Below the pieces are notes generated by a model. It did not search any database, was not told where the DNA came from, and was given only the letters and a program-made list of their open reading frames with translations. Of a stretch of DNA of 59,329 nt, positions 9,254-18,935 are shown piece by piece. The position numbers and the translations under genes were made by a program. Within the stretch, counting starts at the first letter, position 1. Every line of letters starts with the position of its first letter. Source of the stretch: an uncultured Clostridium sp. (lineage in GTDB: Bacteria; Bacillota; Clostridia; Oscillospirales; Acutalibacteraceae); the NCBI GenBank assembly GCA_964547575.1, contig CAZJOH010000002.1:1-59329 (forward strand), given 5' to 3'.

Positions 9254-9736
9254 TCAGTCTGCAGCAACCCAATATGTTTTGCCTTCAACAAGTTGAGTTT
9301 TATCGGTGATTTCTGTATCAGCGATACGCTCAACAATAATAACCGTTTGCAACGGATCTGTTTTTTCGATTTTTTCAAACAGATTGAAAGCTTCTTCGTA
9401 TGAATCGAATTCATCAATAATATCTGCCAAGGTGTATTCATAAAATACATTTTCGCAGCAAACAATCTCTTTTGCCAAACACACAAAGAATCTGCTTACG
9501 GATTTCATTTTTGCGTGACTGTAAATTCCGTCCGGTTTTTCAGCGGTTCTGATTTTACCGACTGTGTTCATGTCAACATAAACAGTTTGAAGCTCTATTG
9601 TTTTGCCGTCAACATCAATAAATTCGCTTAAACCTAAACCGTAACGAATATTTTTGTTTTCTAATGTCGTTACAAAACTATCCATATAATCCGACTCAAC
9701 TTTTAATTTCATGAAGTTACTATTTTTATTGCTCAT
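9254..9736 (-). CDS. Hypothetical protein, 160 aa
   Basis: RBS AAAGGAG before ATG 9736; terminator-like hairpin at about 9210-9240 downstream. Confidence 0.65.
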   Translation of the reverse strand: MSNKNSNFMKLKVESDYMDSFVTTLENKNIRYGLGLSEFIDVDGKTIELQTVYVDMNTVGKIRTAEKPDGIYSHAKMKSVSRFFVCLAKEIVCCENVFYEYTLADIIDEFDSYEEAFNLFEKIEKTDPLQTVIIVERIADTEITDKTQLVEGKTYWVAAD

Positions 9737-9771
9737 AGCATTTCTCCTTTCTAAAGATTTGATAAAGTTTT

Positions 9772-9800
9772 TTACATACTTTATCAATAAAAGTATGTAA
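9772..9800. repeat. 11-7-11 inverted repeat containing the recurring TTACATACTTT motif
   Basis: TTACATACTTT-atcaata-AAAGTATGTAA; further single copies at about 9833, 11595 and 36086, and a variant at about 384. Confidence 0.75.
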
Positions 9801-9943
9801 GACTGAATTGCTGGATTGTAGCAACGACCAATCTTACATACTTTCTTTGAATAAAGACTACGATAGGAGATGCAGATATCCAATCGCAGTTTATTTGTTC
9901 TGACACTTTATGTCCTTTCTTTTTTATTCCTATTGATTAAACA

Positions 9944-10454
9944 AAGAAACTGCGCTTGGAAAAAGTTCAAGTGTGTTTCTTACAGCGTTTCAGACATCTT
10001 GAATGCGGCAATCTGCAGCCGCAACTAAAATTAAGGAGGAGATTTAACCCCATCAATGTATCAACCTGACAACACCCAATACGCCTCTTATATCACCGTC
10101 TCATAATTCACTTTTTGTTGTCAGCAAAATCATTTAAAGGAGAAATGTGTAATGCAAGAAACGCCGCCCCCATCGTGACCGAACATAGCTGAGGCCACGA
10201 AAAAGCGAAGGGAACAGAAATATTGTTCCCTTCGCAATTGCCCGGCAAAGCCGGATGAGTGATAGAAATATCCGATGTTTTGCAGCGGGAACAGAGGGTA
10301 TTTCTGTCACTTTGGCAGATAAAGTTTTGCAAATCTGCCAAACCACTAAGGGGTTATTTGACAAGTTATCTTGGAAAATAACCTTTTAGTGGGGTTTTTA
10401 GAGAGAATTTTTTTGAAATTCTCGTTGGTGTTACGGCAGTGACTCAACCGTAAC
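9944..10454 (+). ncRNA. Candidate structured non-coding RNA or ssDNA element upstream of the tyrosine recombinase
   Basis: About nine stem-loops, seven of them back to back in 10205-10454; several have G-U-type pairs that work only on the + strand; no credible ORF. Confidence 0.45.
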
Positions 10455-10574
10455 GGACAGTATGTCGCTTCTGAATGAAGCCCTGAAGTTGTTTAACGGC
10501 GAATAATCGCAGGACGGAACGGAAAATGCCGTACTCAGAAAGGTTTTCCGAATAACAAAAAGAGGAGTGATTCC

Positions 10575-11534
10575 GTGAGCAAAAAGAAATATAAGAAGAT
10601 GTCGATTACCCGTATGCTTTGCGAGGAATCGAGACCTTTCTTTTCCAGATATGAAAACAACGTCACAAGAAGTGCCTTTGTGAAAGGCTACCGTAAATTT
10701 GTTGAGTTCTGCAGAACGGAATTTGACTGCAAAACAACCGAAGAATGCAGAAATCACATTGACGATTACGTTCAGTTTCTTGTTGATAAAGGACTGACTG
10801 CAAATACAATTCATACATATCTGAGCCCTGTGGCGTTGTTTTTCGGCATACCGTTATCGGATATCGAGAAGCCGAGAAGATGCTCTGCACACAATGTCAG
10901 AAGCAGAAGCACAAACGGTAAAATTCAACGCTCGGATAATGACATAAGCAACCCCCGCTATGCTCATCTCGTCGAATTCCAGAGAAGAGTCGGAGTCAGG
11001 CGCCGAGAACTCCAAAATCTGCGCGGAAGCGATTTCAAAGAGGATGAAAACGGCAATTTTTATGTTTATGTTCGCAAGGGTAAGGGAGGTAAGTCACAAT
11101 GGCAATTGATATTGCCAGAGGACATGGAGTTTGTAAAAACATATTTTGACGGTACAGAAAACAAAGTTTTCGCTCCGGAAGAATTTAAAAACAAACTTGA
11201 CTTGCATAAACTCCGTGCCGAACAAGCAAAGAGGGCATATCAGTACTATCTTGACAGAATCAACAATGAAGAAGGCTGCAGAGAAGAACTTGAAAAATTG
11301 ATTTATAAGCATTGGCATGAACGCAATATAGACAAAAGAACAAAGAAGCCTAAACCAATCAATAAAAAAGACTTAAGCGGCACATACAAATTGAGAGGCG
11401 AAAATAAAAAGCTCGCTCTCAAACACGGATTGCCCGTTGAATACGACCGTTTGTGTTTGCTCGCAACATCAGTTTTTCATCTGAGCCATTGGCGTTTGAG
11501 TGTTTGCGCAAACAACTATATGCTTTCTGTATAA
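10575..11534 (+). CDS. Divergent tyrosine recombinase/integrase
   Basis: SAM-like N-terminal region (LTANTIHTYLS); catalytic set R (GVRRREL), K (KGKGGK), HxxR (HKLR), H/W (LSHWR), Y (NNY). Confidence 0.8.
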   Translation: MSKKKYKKMSITRMLCEESRPFFSRYENNVTRSAFVKGYRKFVEFCRTEFDCKTTEECRNHIDDYVQFLVDKGLTANTIHTYLSPVALFFGIPLSDIEKPRRCSAHNVRSRSTNGKIQRSDNDISNPRYAHLVEFQRRVGVRRRELQNLRGSDFKEDENGNFYVYVRKGKGGKSQWQLILPEDMEFVKTYFDGTENKVFAPEEFKNKLDLHKLRAEQAKRAYQYYLDRINNEEGCREELEKLIYKHWHERNIDKRTKKPKPINKKDLSGTYKLRGENKKLALKHGLPVEYDRLCLLATSVFHLSHWRLSVCANNYMLSV

Positions 11535-11562
11535 GAACTCCGTCTTCAAAGGCGGAGTTTTT
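11535..11562 (+). terminator. Intrinsic terminator
   Basis: AACTCCGTC-ttcaaa-GGCGGAGTT then TTT. Confidence 0.75.
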
Positions 11563-11650
11563 CTTCTGCTCAGAAAAACGAGCTGGAAACATTTTCTTAC
11601 ATACTTTCAGTGAAATTAAAATTTCAATAAATTTGAAAGGAGGCAAAACC

Positions 11651-12070
11651 ATGTCAGAGCTTGTAATGAACGTTAACGGAAATCTATTCATTGTGAAACC
11701 CAACAGTGATAATTCCGGATTTAATTTTTATAAACATGACGGAAAACGGTACGCATGGGTTGCAACAATTATCGATTTCGGAAAAGGATTCAGCTTCTGT
11801 TGCATCGGAATAAACGGGTTCTTCACAAAAAAGTTGAACAAAAAGAAAGAGTTGGTTTGGGTAGACCGAAAAGGCAATCCCGTCACTGATGACGAAGAAG
11901 AACAAATCGATGTTATTACGAAACACGGCAATAAAATGATTGCGAGATTTCTTGATTTTTCTGAACAAGACGCATTTCTTATCGGTTATTACGACAGCAA
12001 GACAGAAGTCAAACTGATCGCAGATGCAAGAGTAAAAGGCAACAATTTGAGATTTATATTTGATTTATAG
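11651..12070 (+). CDS. Hypothetical protein, paralogue of 12613-13038
   Basis: RBS AAAGGAGG before ATG 11651; shares WxAxIxDxGxxFxF and EQIxVxTxHG blocks with 12613. Confidence 0.7.
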   Translation: MSELVMNVNGNLFIVKPNSDNSGFNFYKHDGKRYAWVATIIDFGKGFSFCCIGINGFFTKKLNKKKELVWVDRKGNPVTDDEEEQIDVITKHGNKMIARFLDFSEQDAFLIGYYDSKTEVKLIADARVKGNNLRFIFDL

Positions 12071-12085
12071 GGAGGATTTTTAAAA

Positions 12086-12601
12086 ATGAAAACATTTATA
12101 TCAGTACTTTTATCGTTGGCGATGGCAATATCCGGATTTTTCGGAAATATATTTGCCAAGTCTGAAGAACCCGTTTTTTCGACCGCACAAGCCTCTGTGA
12201 CGGATTTATATGTTCCCGATGAAGAGGATATCAAGCTATTTAACGCCGTAAATGAGGCGAGAAGAAAAAACGGTGTTGAACCTTTGCAACTCGACCCCGA
12301 ACTGTGCCGACTCTCATATATACGGGCGCAGGAGCAGTTGCTTGAAAAAGGGCATACTCGTCCGGACGGTACTCGTTTTATCACCGTATTTAATGAATAC
12401 AATTACAAGTGCAACAGAGCGGGAGAAAACATCTGTATAATCGGAGACAGCAGTACATACAGCACTCAAAAAGCCACCAAACTATGGCTCAATTCACAAA
12501 GCCATAAAGATGTTATGCTACGAGAACACTGGCAGAAAACGGGGGTTTGCAGTATCGAAAAAGACAGCAAGGTGTATTGTGTTGTGCTTTTTGCGTGCTG
12601 A
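12086..12601 (+). CDS. Secreted CAP/SCP-domain protein
   Basis: Signal peptide; VNEARRKNGVEPL, HTRPDG, AGENI, WLNSQSHKDVML. Confidence 0.88.
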   Translation: MKTFISVLLSLAMAISGFFGNIFAKSEEPVFSTAQASVTDLYVPDEEDIKLFNAVNEARRKNGVEPLQLDPELCRLSYIRAQEQLLEKGHTRPDGTRFITVFNEYNYKCNRAGENICIIGDSSTYSTQKATKLWLNSQSHKDVMLREHWQKTGVCSIEKDSKVYCVVLFAC

Positions 12602-12612
12602 GGAGGTGAAAT

Positions 12613-13038
12613 ATGTCTTTAGAGAGAATACCTATTCTGACGACGGATGGAGGACGATATTATGTAGAAAAAGATAATAATTTTGGCGTAAAGTTTATGC
12701 TTGAAAATGAAGATGAGCCTATATGGCAAGCTTCAATAATGGATTGCGGAGATTATTTTGCGTTCGGTGTGCTTGAAGACAAAATTATTCACATTACCGA
12801 GTTCAAACCACAGAACAAGCTTAAATACAAGAACGGAGACCTTGCTCCGCTATCAGTTGAAGATCAGATTGAGGTGAAAACAAATCATGGCAAAACGATT
12901 GTTGTGCGGTACTTGTACAAAAGCAGAACTCCCAAAGGAGTAATCGTGGCAGCCTACAGCGACGGTGATGAAGAATTGACATCGCTTGCAATCAGCGGAG
13001 CACATGAAGATTACTTGTGTTTTAGCTTGTCTAATTAA
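12613..13038 (+). CDS. Hypothetical protein, paralogue of 11651-12070
   Basis: RBS AGGAGGTG; colinear similarity to 11651. Confidence 0.7.
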   Translation: MSLERIPILTTDGGRYYVEKDNNFGVKFMLENEDEPIWQASIMDCGDYFAFGVLEDKIIHITEFKPQNKLKYKNGDLAPLSVEDQIEVKTNHGKTIVVRYLYKSRTPKGVIVAAYSDGDEELTSLAISGAHEDYLCFSLSN

Positions 13039-13143
13039 ACAATCTTTGTTTGTCATAATAGAGTTTGACTTGCTACAAAAATTTTGCTCCACAGAAAAAT
13101 CTCTGCGGAGCATTTTGAGTTATGAACCCTGAAACGAAAGGAC

Positions 13144-13416
13144 TCAGGATTGCTTTATGAATGTATCATATGTAAACTTTGCACCGAGTCTGAATCCGTT
13201 GATAAAGCCGTCTGTTATGCTTGTTGTTAAAAACTCAAGATATTTGTCGGAATATTCGGAAAAAAGTTTTTGATCCTCAGATGTAAGTTTTTCGCTAAGC
13301 TGTTTTTCAATCTGTGCGAGCTCGTTTAATTTTTTCTTTAGTTCGGATTTTAGTTCCGAACTGCATTCCTGCGGATCTATATTGCCGTAGTAGAATTCTT
13401 CAATAAAATTTGCCAT
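13144..13416 (-). CDS. DUF6809-like small protein
   Basis: IEEFYYGNIDPQE...FINGFRLGAKF pattern typical of this Clostridia mobile-element family. Confidence 0.7.
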   Translation of the reverse strand: MANFIEEFYYGNIDPQECSSELKSELKKKLNELAQIEKQLSEKLTSEDQKLFSEYSDKYLEFLTTSITDGFINGFRLGAKFTYDTFIKQS

Positions 13417-13593
13417 ATAAATCTCCGTTCAAATACTCAATGTTTCTTCTGCAGAATAATTATATCGCAAATTATATTCTGAAGTCACGTTCTATAGCGA
13501 TGAATTTTAACGCGATTTCGAAAAAATGGCCGGCTAAAGCGCACAAACATCAACTTGGATTGAAAAGTATGAGCGTAAGCTCACTGTTTAAAA

Positions 13594-13626
13594 GTCCGTT
13601 TTATAGGACTTAATATATGTGATAAT
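13594..13626 (+). promoter_or_regulatory. Putative WYL-box promoter
   Basis: GTCC-gttttata-GGAC-N11-GATAAT with upstream TG. Confidence 0.65.
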
Positions 13627-13656
13627 GTAGTCACAACAAAGAATGAGGTGTGAAAA

Positions 13657-14223
13657 ATGTATTTTTACAATATCTGCAGCAGAAACAAAATAATCCATTT
13701 GAGTGACTGTCGGTATATTACAGATTCAACGAAAAAACGATACGGTCATTTCTACTGTCTCGAAGATGCGTTGAAAAAAGGTTACAGACCCTGCCGCCAT
13801 TGCTTCACTTTCATCAGACGTTTTATTGAAGAGGAAGAACGAATCAATAAATACTGCATCAGATATAACTACATTCTTTCCTACAGCAAAAATTCAGTTG
13901 AAATCACAACGGGCAAGGGACAATGGAAAATCGTTCAGGCAGAGCACAGTCAGCGAGTTGAACTTTATCATAAAAACACAGAGGTAAGAAACAGCGACAA
14001 TTACAGCAGGATAAAAGGGTATCATAATCAGAGGGTCGCCGAGTTTGAACTTGTGGACTATATTCATTACATAGCAAGGCATGACGGCTCAAATAAAAAG
14101 CTTTCTAAAGGCACCAAAAGATACAAAATTATGCAGAAAAGACTTGCAGCTCAGGCAAGACGCAACTCAATCAATAATGTTATAAATCTGATTGACAGTC
14201 TGCACACAAACTATGCAGTTTAA
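13657..14223 (+). CDS. Protein with N-terminal Ada-like metal-binding motif
   Basis: IIHLSDCRY...EDALKKGYRPCRHC. Confidence 0.65.
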   Translation: MYFYNICSRNKIIHLSDCRYITDSTKKRYGHFYCLEDALKKGYRPCRHCFTFIRRFIEEEERINKYCIRYNYILSYSKNSVEITTGKGQWKIVQAEHSQRVELYHKNTEVRNSDNYSRIKGYHNQRVAEFELVDYIHYIARHDGSNKKLSKGTKRYKIMQKRLAAQARRNSINNVINLIDSLHTNYAV

Positions 14224-14236
14224 AGGAGAAGAAATT

Positions 14237-14620
14237 ATGGAAAACACATTTGTAACAATCACGGGAGTGAGAAATTATTACGGTATGAAGCCGTTCAAGG
14301 TCGGTAAGATTTTCAGAATTGTTAAGGAAGACGATAACGATTATGACGAAGAAGCTATCCGTGCGGAATTACCGATGATTGATACAATCGGTTATGTTGC
14401 CAACAGCGCAAACACGGTTTTTGCAGGTACGGTCAGCGCAGGCAGGCTCTATGATAAAATTGACGATTATGCCTATGCGCAGACGATGTTTATTACTCAT
14501 TCAAGCGTTATTGCACTTGTGCTTTCACCCGAACAGGTTGAGGGTGATGACGATACACCGCCTGTAAAAGAAAAGGAATCAAAGGATTCGGGTAAAACAA
14601 AGAATAAGATAGGATTCTGA
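14237..14620 (+). CDS. HIRAN-domain protein
   Basis: KEDDNDYDEEAIRA...IGYVANS; RBS AAAGGAG before ATG 14237. Confidence 0.8.
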   Translation: MENTFVTITGVRNYYGMKPFKVGKIFRIVKEDDNDYDEEAIRAELPMIDTIGYVANSANTVFAGTVSAGRLYDKIDDYAYAQTMFITHSSVIALVLSPEQVEGDDDTPPVKEKESKDSGKTKNKIGF

Positions 14621-14628
14621 GACGAAGT

Positions 14629-14877
14629 ATGAGAAAGCAATATGAGTTTGAATATTATATTTTTCCGGATAACAGCCCGAAGGAATTCAAAGTGACATGT
14701 TTAAGGATTGAAGAAAAACACCCCGAAGCAGAAAAGCAGAAATTGCTTGTTGATGTTGACGGTTCAACAATTCAGATTTACTGTATATCCGGCAAAGAAA
14801 TTCTTGTGTTTGATGATTATGAAGTCGGTGCTGTTTATGTTGACTCGGATTATAATCTTGATGACATTTTTAAATGA
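14629..14877 (+). CDS. Small hypothetical protein
   Basis: 82-aa ORF in the same operon (LLVDVDGSTIQIY). Confidence 0.6.
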   Translation: MRKQYEFEYYIFPDNSPKEFKVTCLRIEEKHPEAEKQKLLVDVDGSTIQIYCISGKEILVFDDYEVGAVYVDSDYNLDDIFK

Positions 14878-14956
14878 TAGCCACGTCTAAGAACTTGGGT
14901 TGAAACAATACAGAAGCTATGCTAAAATAAAAGCATAAAATTTTCGGAGGTACAAG

Positions 14957-16093
14957 ATGAAATTTCTGCATTTATCCGACCTGCATATCGGCAAGAGGGT
15001 CAATGAATTCTCAATGCTTGAAGACCAGGAATATATACTCACAAAAATAATCAACATAATCGATGATGAAAAGCCCGATGCGGTTGTTATCGCAGGCGAT
15101 GTTTACGATAAATCCGTGCCTTCTGCGGAAGCGGTGCAGCTTTTTGACGATTTTCTCTGCAGACTTGCTCAAAGAAAACTGCAGGTTTTTGTTATCAGCG
15201 GCAACCACGATTCTGCAGAAAGAATGGCTTTCGGCGGCAGACTTATGGATATCAGCGGCGTACATATGTCACCTGTTTATAGCGGAAAAGTTGAAGCAAT
15301 CAGCCTTGATGATGAATTCGGCAAGGTCAATTTTTTTATGCTTCCGTTTGTGAAGCCTGCCAATGTCCGCAGATTCTATGAGGATGCAGAAATTGAAAGC
15401 TACACAGATGCAGTCCGTGTTGCGGTTGAAAATATGAAAATCAATGCCGACGAACGCAATGTCATCGTTACCCATCAGTTTGTGACGGGTGCGGAGAAAT
15501 GCGAATCCGAAGAAATCTCCGTAGGCGGTTCCGATAACGTTGATGCAAGTGTGTTTGACTGCTTTGATTATGTTGCGCTCGGTCACATTCACGGACCGCA
15601 GAATATCGGCAGCGAAAGAGTGAGATATTGCGGCACTCCGCTGAAATATTCATTCTCCGAAGCGAAGCACAACAAATCCGTAACAATTGTTGAACTCAAA
15701 GAAAAAGGCAGCCTTGAAATCCGCACAGTTGCGCTTGAGCCCAAGCGTGATATGCGTGAAATCAAGGGTACATATGCAGAAATTACCCTCAAAGAGAATT
15801 ATGCAGACACCAACACTGACGACTATATGCACATCACCCTCACCGATGAAGAGGATATCCCCGATGCAATCGGCAAGCTGCGTGTTATATATCCCAATCT
15901 TATGAAGCTGGACTATGATAACAAACGCACGCGAAGCTCCGCAAAGCTTGATGTCATCGAGAATATCGAGCAGAGGTCACCGCTTGATCTGTTTGCGGAA
16001 TTCTATGAAAAGCAGAATAATCAGCCGATGACAGACGGGCAGTCGGAATTTATGAAATCTCTTATTGAAAGTATATGGGAGGGTGAAAAATGA
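14957..16093 (+). CDS. sbcD: SbcD/Mre11-family nuclease
   Basis: HLSDLHIG, IAGDVYD, SGNHDS, ALGHIH, YCGTPLKYSFSE; TTGAAA-N17-TAAAAT promoter upstream. Confidence 0.95.
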   Translation: MKFLHLSDLHIGKRVNEFSMLEDQEYILTKIINIIDDEKPDAVVIAGDVYDKSVPSAEAVQLFDDFLCRLAQRKLQVFVISGNHDSAERMAFGGRLMDISGVHMSPVYSGKVEAISLDDEFGKVNFFMLPFVKPANVRRFYEDAEIESYTDAVRVAVENMKINADERNVIVTHQFVTGAEKCESEEISVGGSDNVDASVFDCFDYVALGHIHGPQNIGSERVRYCGTPLKYSFSEAKHNKSVTIVELKEKGSLEIRTVALEPKRDMREIKGTYAEITLKENYADTNTDDYMHITLTDEEDIPDAIGKLRVIYPNLMKLDYDNKRTRSSAKLDVIENIEQRSPLDLFAEFYEKQNNQPMTDGQSEFMKSLIESIWEGEK

Positions 16094-18855
16094 GACCGAT
16101 AAAACTTGTTATGTCCGCTTTCGGACCCTATGCAGGCAGAACCGAAGTTGACTTTGAAAAGCTCGGCACCAACGGACTTTACCTCATTACCGGCGATACG
16201 GGTGCAGGCAAAACAACCATTTTTGATGCAATCGCATACGCTCTTTACGGCGAAGCAAGCGGAGATTTAAGAGATTCTTCAATGCTCCGTTCAAAGTATG
16301 CAGAGCTTGATACTCCCACCGAAGTTGAGCTTGTTTTTGCCTATGACGGCAAGGAATACACCGTTAAAAGAAACCCCGAATATGAAAGAAAAGCAAAGAA
16401 AGGTGACGGCGTAACCCTTCAGAAAGCCGAAGCAGAGCTACATTATCCCGACGGCAGAGTTGTCACCAAAATCAAGGATGTAAACAGTGCGATTGTTGAA
16501 ATTATGGGTGTTGACCGCAATCAGTTTTCGCAGATTGCAATGATTGCACAGGGCGATTTCAGAAAGCTCCTTGTTGCCGATACTAAAGAACGTCAGGAGA
16601 TATTCAGAAAGATATTCAAGACGGATTATTACCGCATTCTGCAGGATAAAATTAAAAGCGAATATTCCGCCGTCAGGAATGAATACGAAGCCGCACAGAA
16701 TAGCGTTAAGCAATATATAATGGGTATCCAATGCGATGAAAACGATGTTCTGAATATCGAAGCAGCCAAGGCGAGAAACGGTGAAATGACCGTTGAGGAT
16801 GTTGTTGAATTAATTGAAAAAATTCTTGCAAATGATAAAAAATCAGAATCCGAAACTGCCGCAAAAACAGCGGAAACCGAAAAAACTCTTGAAGAAGTGA
16901 CGGGCATTCTTGCAAAAGCCGAAGAATACTCAAAAGCACAGTCCGAACTTGAAAAATCTGGGAAAACATATGTGGAATTAACTGCATCTTTTGAAGAAAT
17001 CAAAAAGACTCTTGAATCCGAAAAATCCAGGAAACCCGAGCAGGAAAAGCTTATAAAAGAAATCAGTGTTATTGATGCCGAGATCCCGAAATATGATGAG
17101 CTTGAAGCGAAGAAATCCGAGCTTCAGAAGCTCACAAAGCAGCTTGACGAAGGCAACAAGAATCTTGCAAATTATCTTGATGCCGAAAAGAAAATTTCGG
17201 AAGATATAGCAAAGATGAAAGAGGAGCAGAAAGTTCTCGAAAATGCAGGTGCAAACAGAGAAAAACTCCTTCGTGAAAAAGAGCAGTCGGAAAACCGCAA
17301 AGCTGCCCTTGAAAATCTTGTTAAAAAATTATCTGCTTTTGATTCTCTGACCGAAAGATATGGGCAAGCAAAAAAGGCATATCTTGCTGCAACAGACAAA
17401 GCAGAATCCGCAAAAAATCTTTATGAAATGAATTACCGTGCGTTTCTCAATGAGCAGGCAGGTATTCTTGCGGAAGATCTGACCGAAGGCACACCTTGCC
17501 CTGTTTGCGGTTCAACAAATCATCCTTGCCTTGCTGAAAAATCCGTAACAGCACCCACCGAAGCAGATGTGAACGAATCAAAATCCACATACGATAAAGC
17601 CCGCAAATATGCCGAAGAATTGAGCCGGACTGCAGGTGAAATCAAGGGTCAGGTTGACTCGCAGACAGAAGAAATCAGGAAGCTCCTTTCAGACCTTCTG
17701 AATAACTGTGAATTGGGAGTTGCACAGGCAACCGCTGAAACTATCATTGCGGAAATTGCTGCAAATCTCAAAGCAATCAACGAAAAAATCAGCGTTGAAG
17801 AAAAGAATGCAAAACGCAAGGCAGAGCTTGATGAAATGATTCCAAAAGCGGAAGAAAGAATCAGAAAAGCAGAAGAGGTAATTGCTGAATGCAGACAGAA
17901 TATTTCCGCATTCACGGCATCCCGTGCCGAAATCGAAAAGCAATGCAAAACGCTTGCAGAATCCTTGAAATTCGAGGGCAAAACCGAAGCTGTGTCAAAG
18001 AAAAAGGTTCTTGAAAACACACTTTCCGCAATGCTGAAGGCTCTTGAAGATGCAGAGCAAAAATATGCCGAATCGGAAAAAGAAATTATCGGTCTTGATG
18101 CAAAAATCAAGCAGCTTAAAAAGCAGCTTTCAGAGTCCGAAGCAATTGATGTTGAAGCTGCGGAGCAGAAAAAATCCGCACTCACCGAAGAAAAAATCAA
18201 TCTTACGGCTGTGCAGAGAAAAATCGGAATCCGCATTGATGCAAACACAAAATGTCTTGATAATATCAACAGAAAATTCGATGAATTGTCGGAGATTGAA
18301 GAGAGAAAAATCAGCCTCAATGCACTCAATAACACCGCCAACGGCAACATTTCGGGCAAAGAAAAAATCATGCTTGAAACCTATATTCAGATGACTTATT
18401 TTGACCGTATAATCGCCCGTGCAAATACGAGATTTATGAAAATGTCGGGCGGTCAGTATGAGCTGAAACGAAGCGAAACCGCCGATAATAACCGCAGTCA
18501 GAGCGGCCTTGACCTCTCGGTTATTGACCACTATAACGGCACGGAAAGAAGCGTCAAAACCCTTTCGGGCGGTGAAAGCTTCAAGGCATCTCTTTCGCTC
18601 GCACTCGGTCTTTCAGACGAAATTCAGTCCTCCGCAGGCGGCATAAAGCTTGACACAATGTTTGTTGACGAAGGCTTCGGCTCACTCGACCCCGAATCAC
18701 TTTCGCAGGCATTCCGTGCCCTTGTCGACCTCAGCGACGGCAACCGCCTTGTGGGTATCATTTCCCATGTTGCCGACCTCAAAGAAAAAATCGATAAGCA
18801 GGTTATCATCACCAAAGAAAAAACAGGTGGAAGCAAAATCGAAATTTCTGTGTGA
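16090..18855 (+). CDS. sbcC: SbcC/Rad50 SMC-like ATPase
   Basis: GDTGAGKT, coiled coil with CPVCG zinc hook, LSGGE, FVDEGFG, IISH; ATGA overlap with sbcD. Confidence 0.95.
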   Translation: MRPIKLVMSAFGPYAGRTEVDFEKLGTNGLYLITGDTGAGKTTIFDAIAYALYGEASGDLRDSSMLRSKYAELDTPTEVELVFAYDGKEYTVKRNPEYERKAKKGDGVTLQKAEAELHYPDGRVVTKIKDVNSAIVEIMGVDRNQFSQIAMIAQGDFRKLLVADTKERQEIFRKIFKTDYYRILQDKIKSEYSAVRNEYEAAQNSVKQYIMGIQCDENDVLNIEAAKARNGEMTVEDVVELIEKILANDKKSESETAAKTAETEKTLEEVTGILAKAEEYSKAQSELEKSGKTYVELTASFEEIKKTLESEKSRKPEQEKLIKEISVIDAEIPKYDELEAKKSELQKLTKQLDEGNKNLANYLDAEKKISEDIAKMKEEQKVLENAGANREKLLREKEQSENRKAALENLVKKLSAFDSLTERYGQAKKAYLAATDKAESAKNLYEMNYRAFLNEQAGILAEDLTEGTPCPVCGSTNHPCLAEKSVTAPTEADVNESKSTYDKARKYAEELSRTAGEIKGQVDSQTEEIRKLLSDLLNNCELGVAQATAETIIAEIAANLKAINEKISVEEKNAKRKAELDEMIPKAEERIRKAEEVIAECRQNISAFTASRAEIEKQCKTLAESLKFEGKTEAVSKKKVLENTLSAMLKALEDAEQKYAESEKEIIGLDAKIKQLKKQLSESEAIDVEAAEQKKSALTEEKINLTAVQRKIGIRIDANTKCLDNINRKFDELSEIEERKISLNALNNTANGNISGKEKIMLETYIQMTYFDRIIARANTRFMKMSGGQYELKRSETADNNRSQSGLDLSVIDHYNGTERSVKTLSGGESFKASLSLALGLSDEIQSSAGGIKLDTMFVDEGFGSLDPESLSQAFRALVDLSDGNRLVGIISHVADLKEKIDKQVIITKEKTGGSKIEISV

Positions 18856-18857
18856 AA

Positions 18858-18890
18858 GTCCGTTTTATTGTACAATCGATGTGTCATAAT
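18858..18890 (+). promoter_or_regulatory. Putative WYL-box promoter
   Basis: GTCC-gttttatt-GTAC-N11-CATAAT, followed by GTAGTCA as in the 13594 promoter. Confidence 0.65.
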
Positions 18891-18935
18891 GTAGTCAAGA
18901 TAAAAACACGGCAGAGCCAAAAAGGAGATTATATC

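Noticed and set aside
9944..10454. Retron msr-msd, group II intron or tRNA explanation for the hairpins
   Set aside because: No reverse transcriptase in the window, no cloverleaf, and no recognisable intron domain V.
9180..13600. Direct-repeat att sites delimiting the tyrosine recombinase module
   Set aside because: Only a weak AT-rich match (CTGTTTCAAAAG near 9196 vs CTGTTTAAAAG near 13584); not distinguishable from chance.
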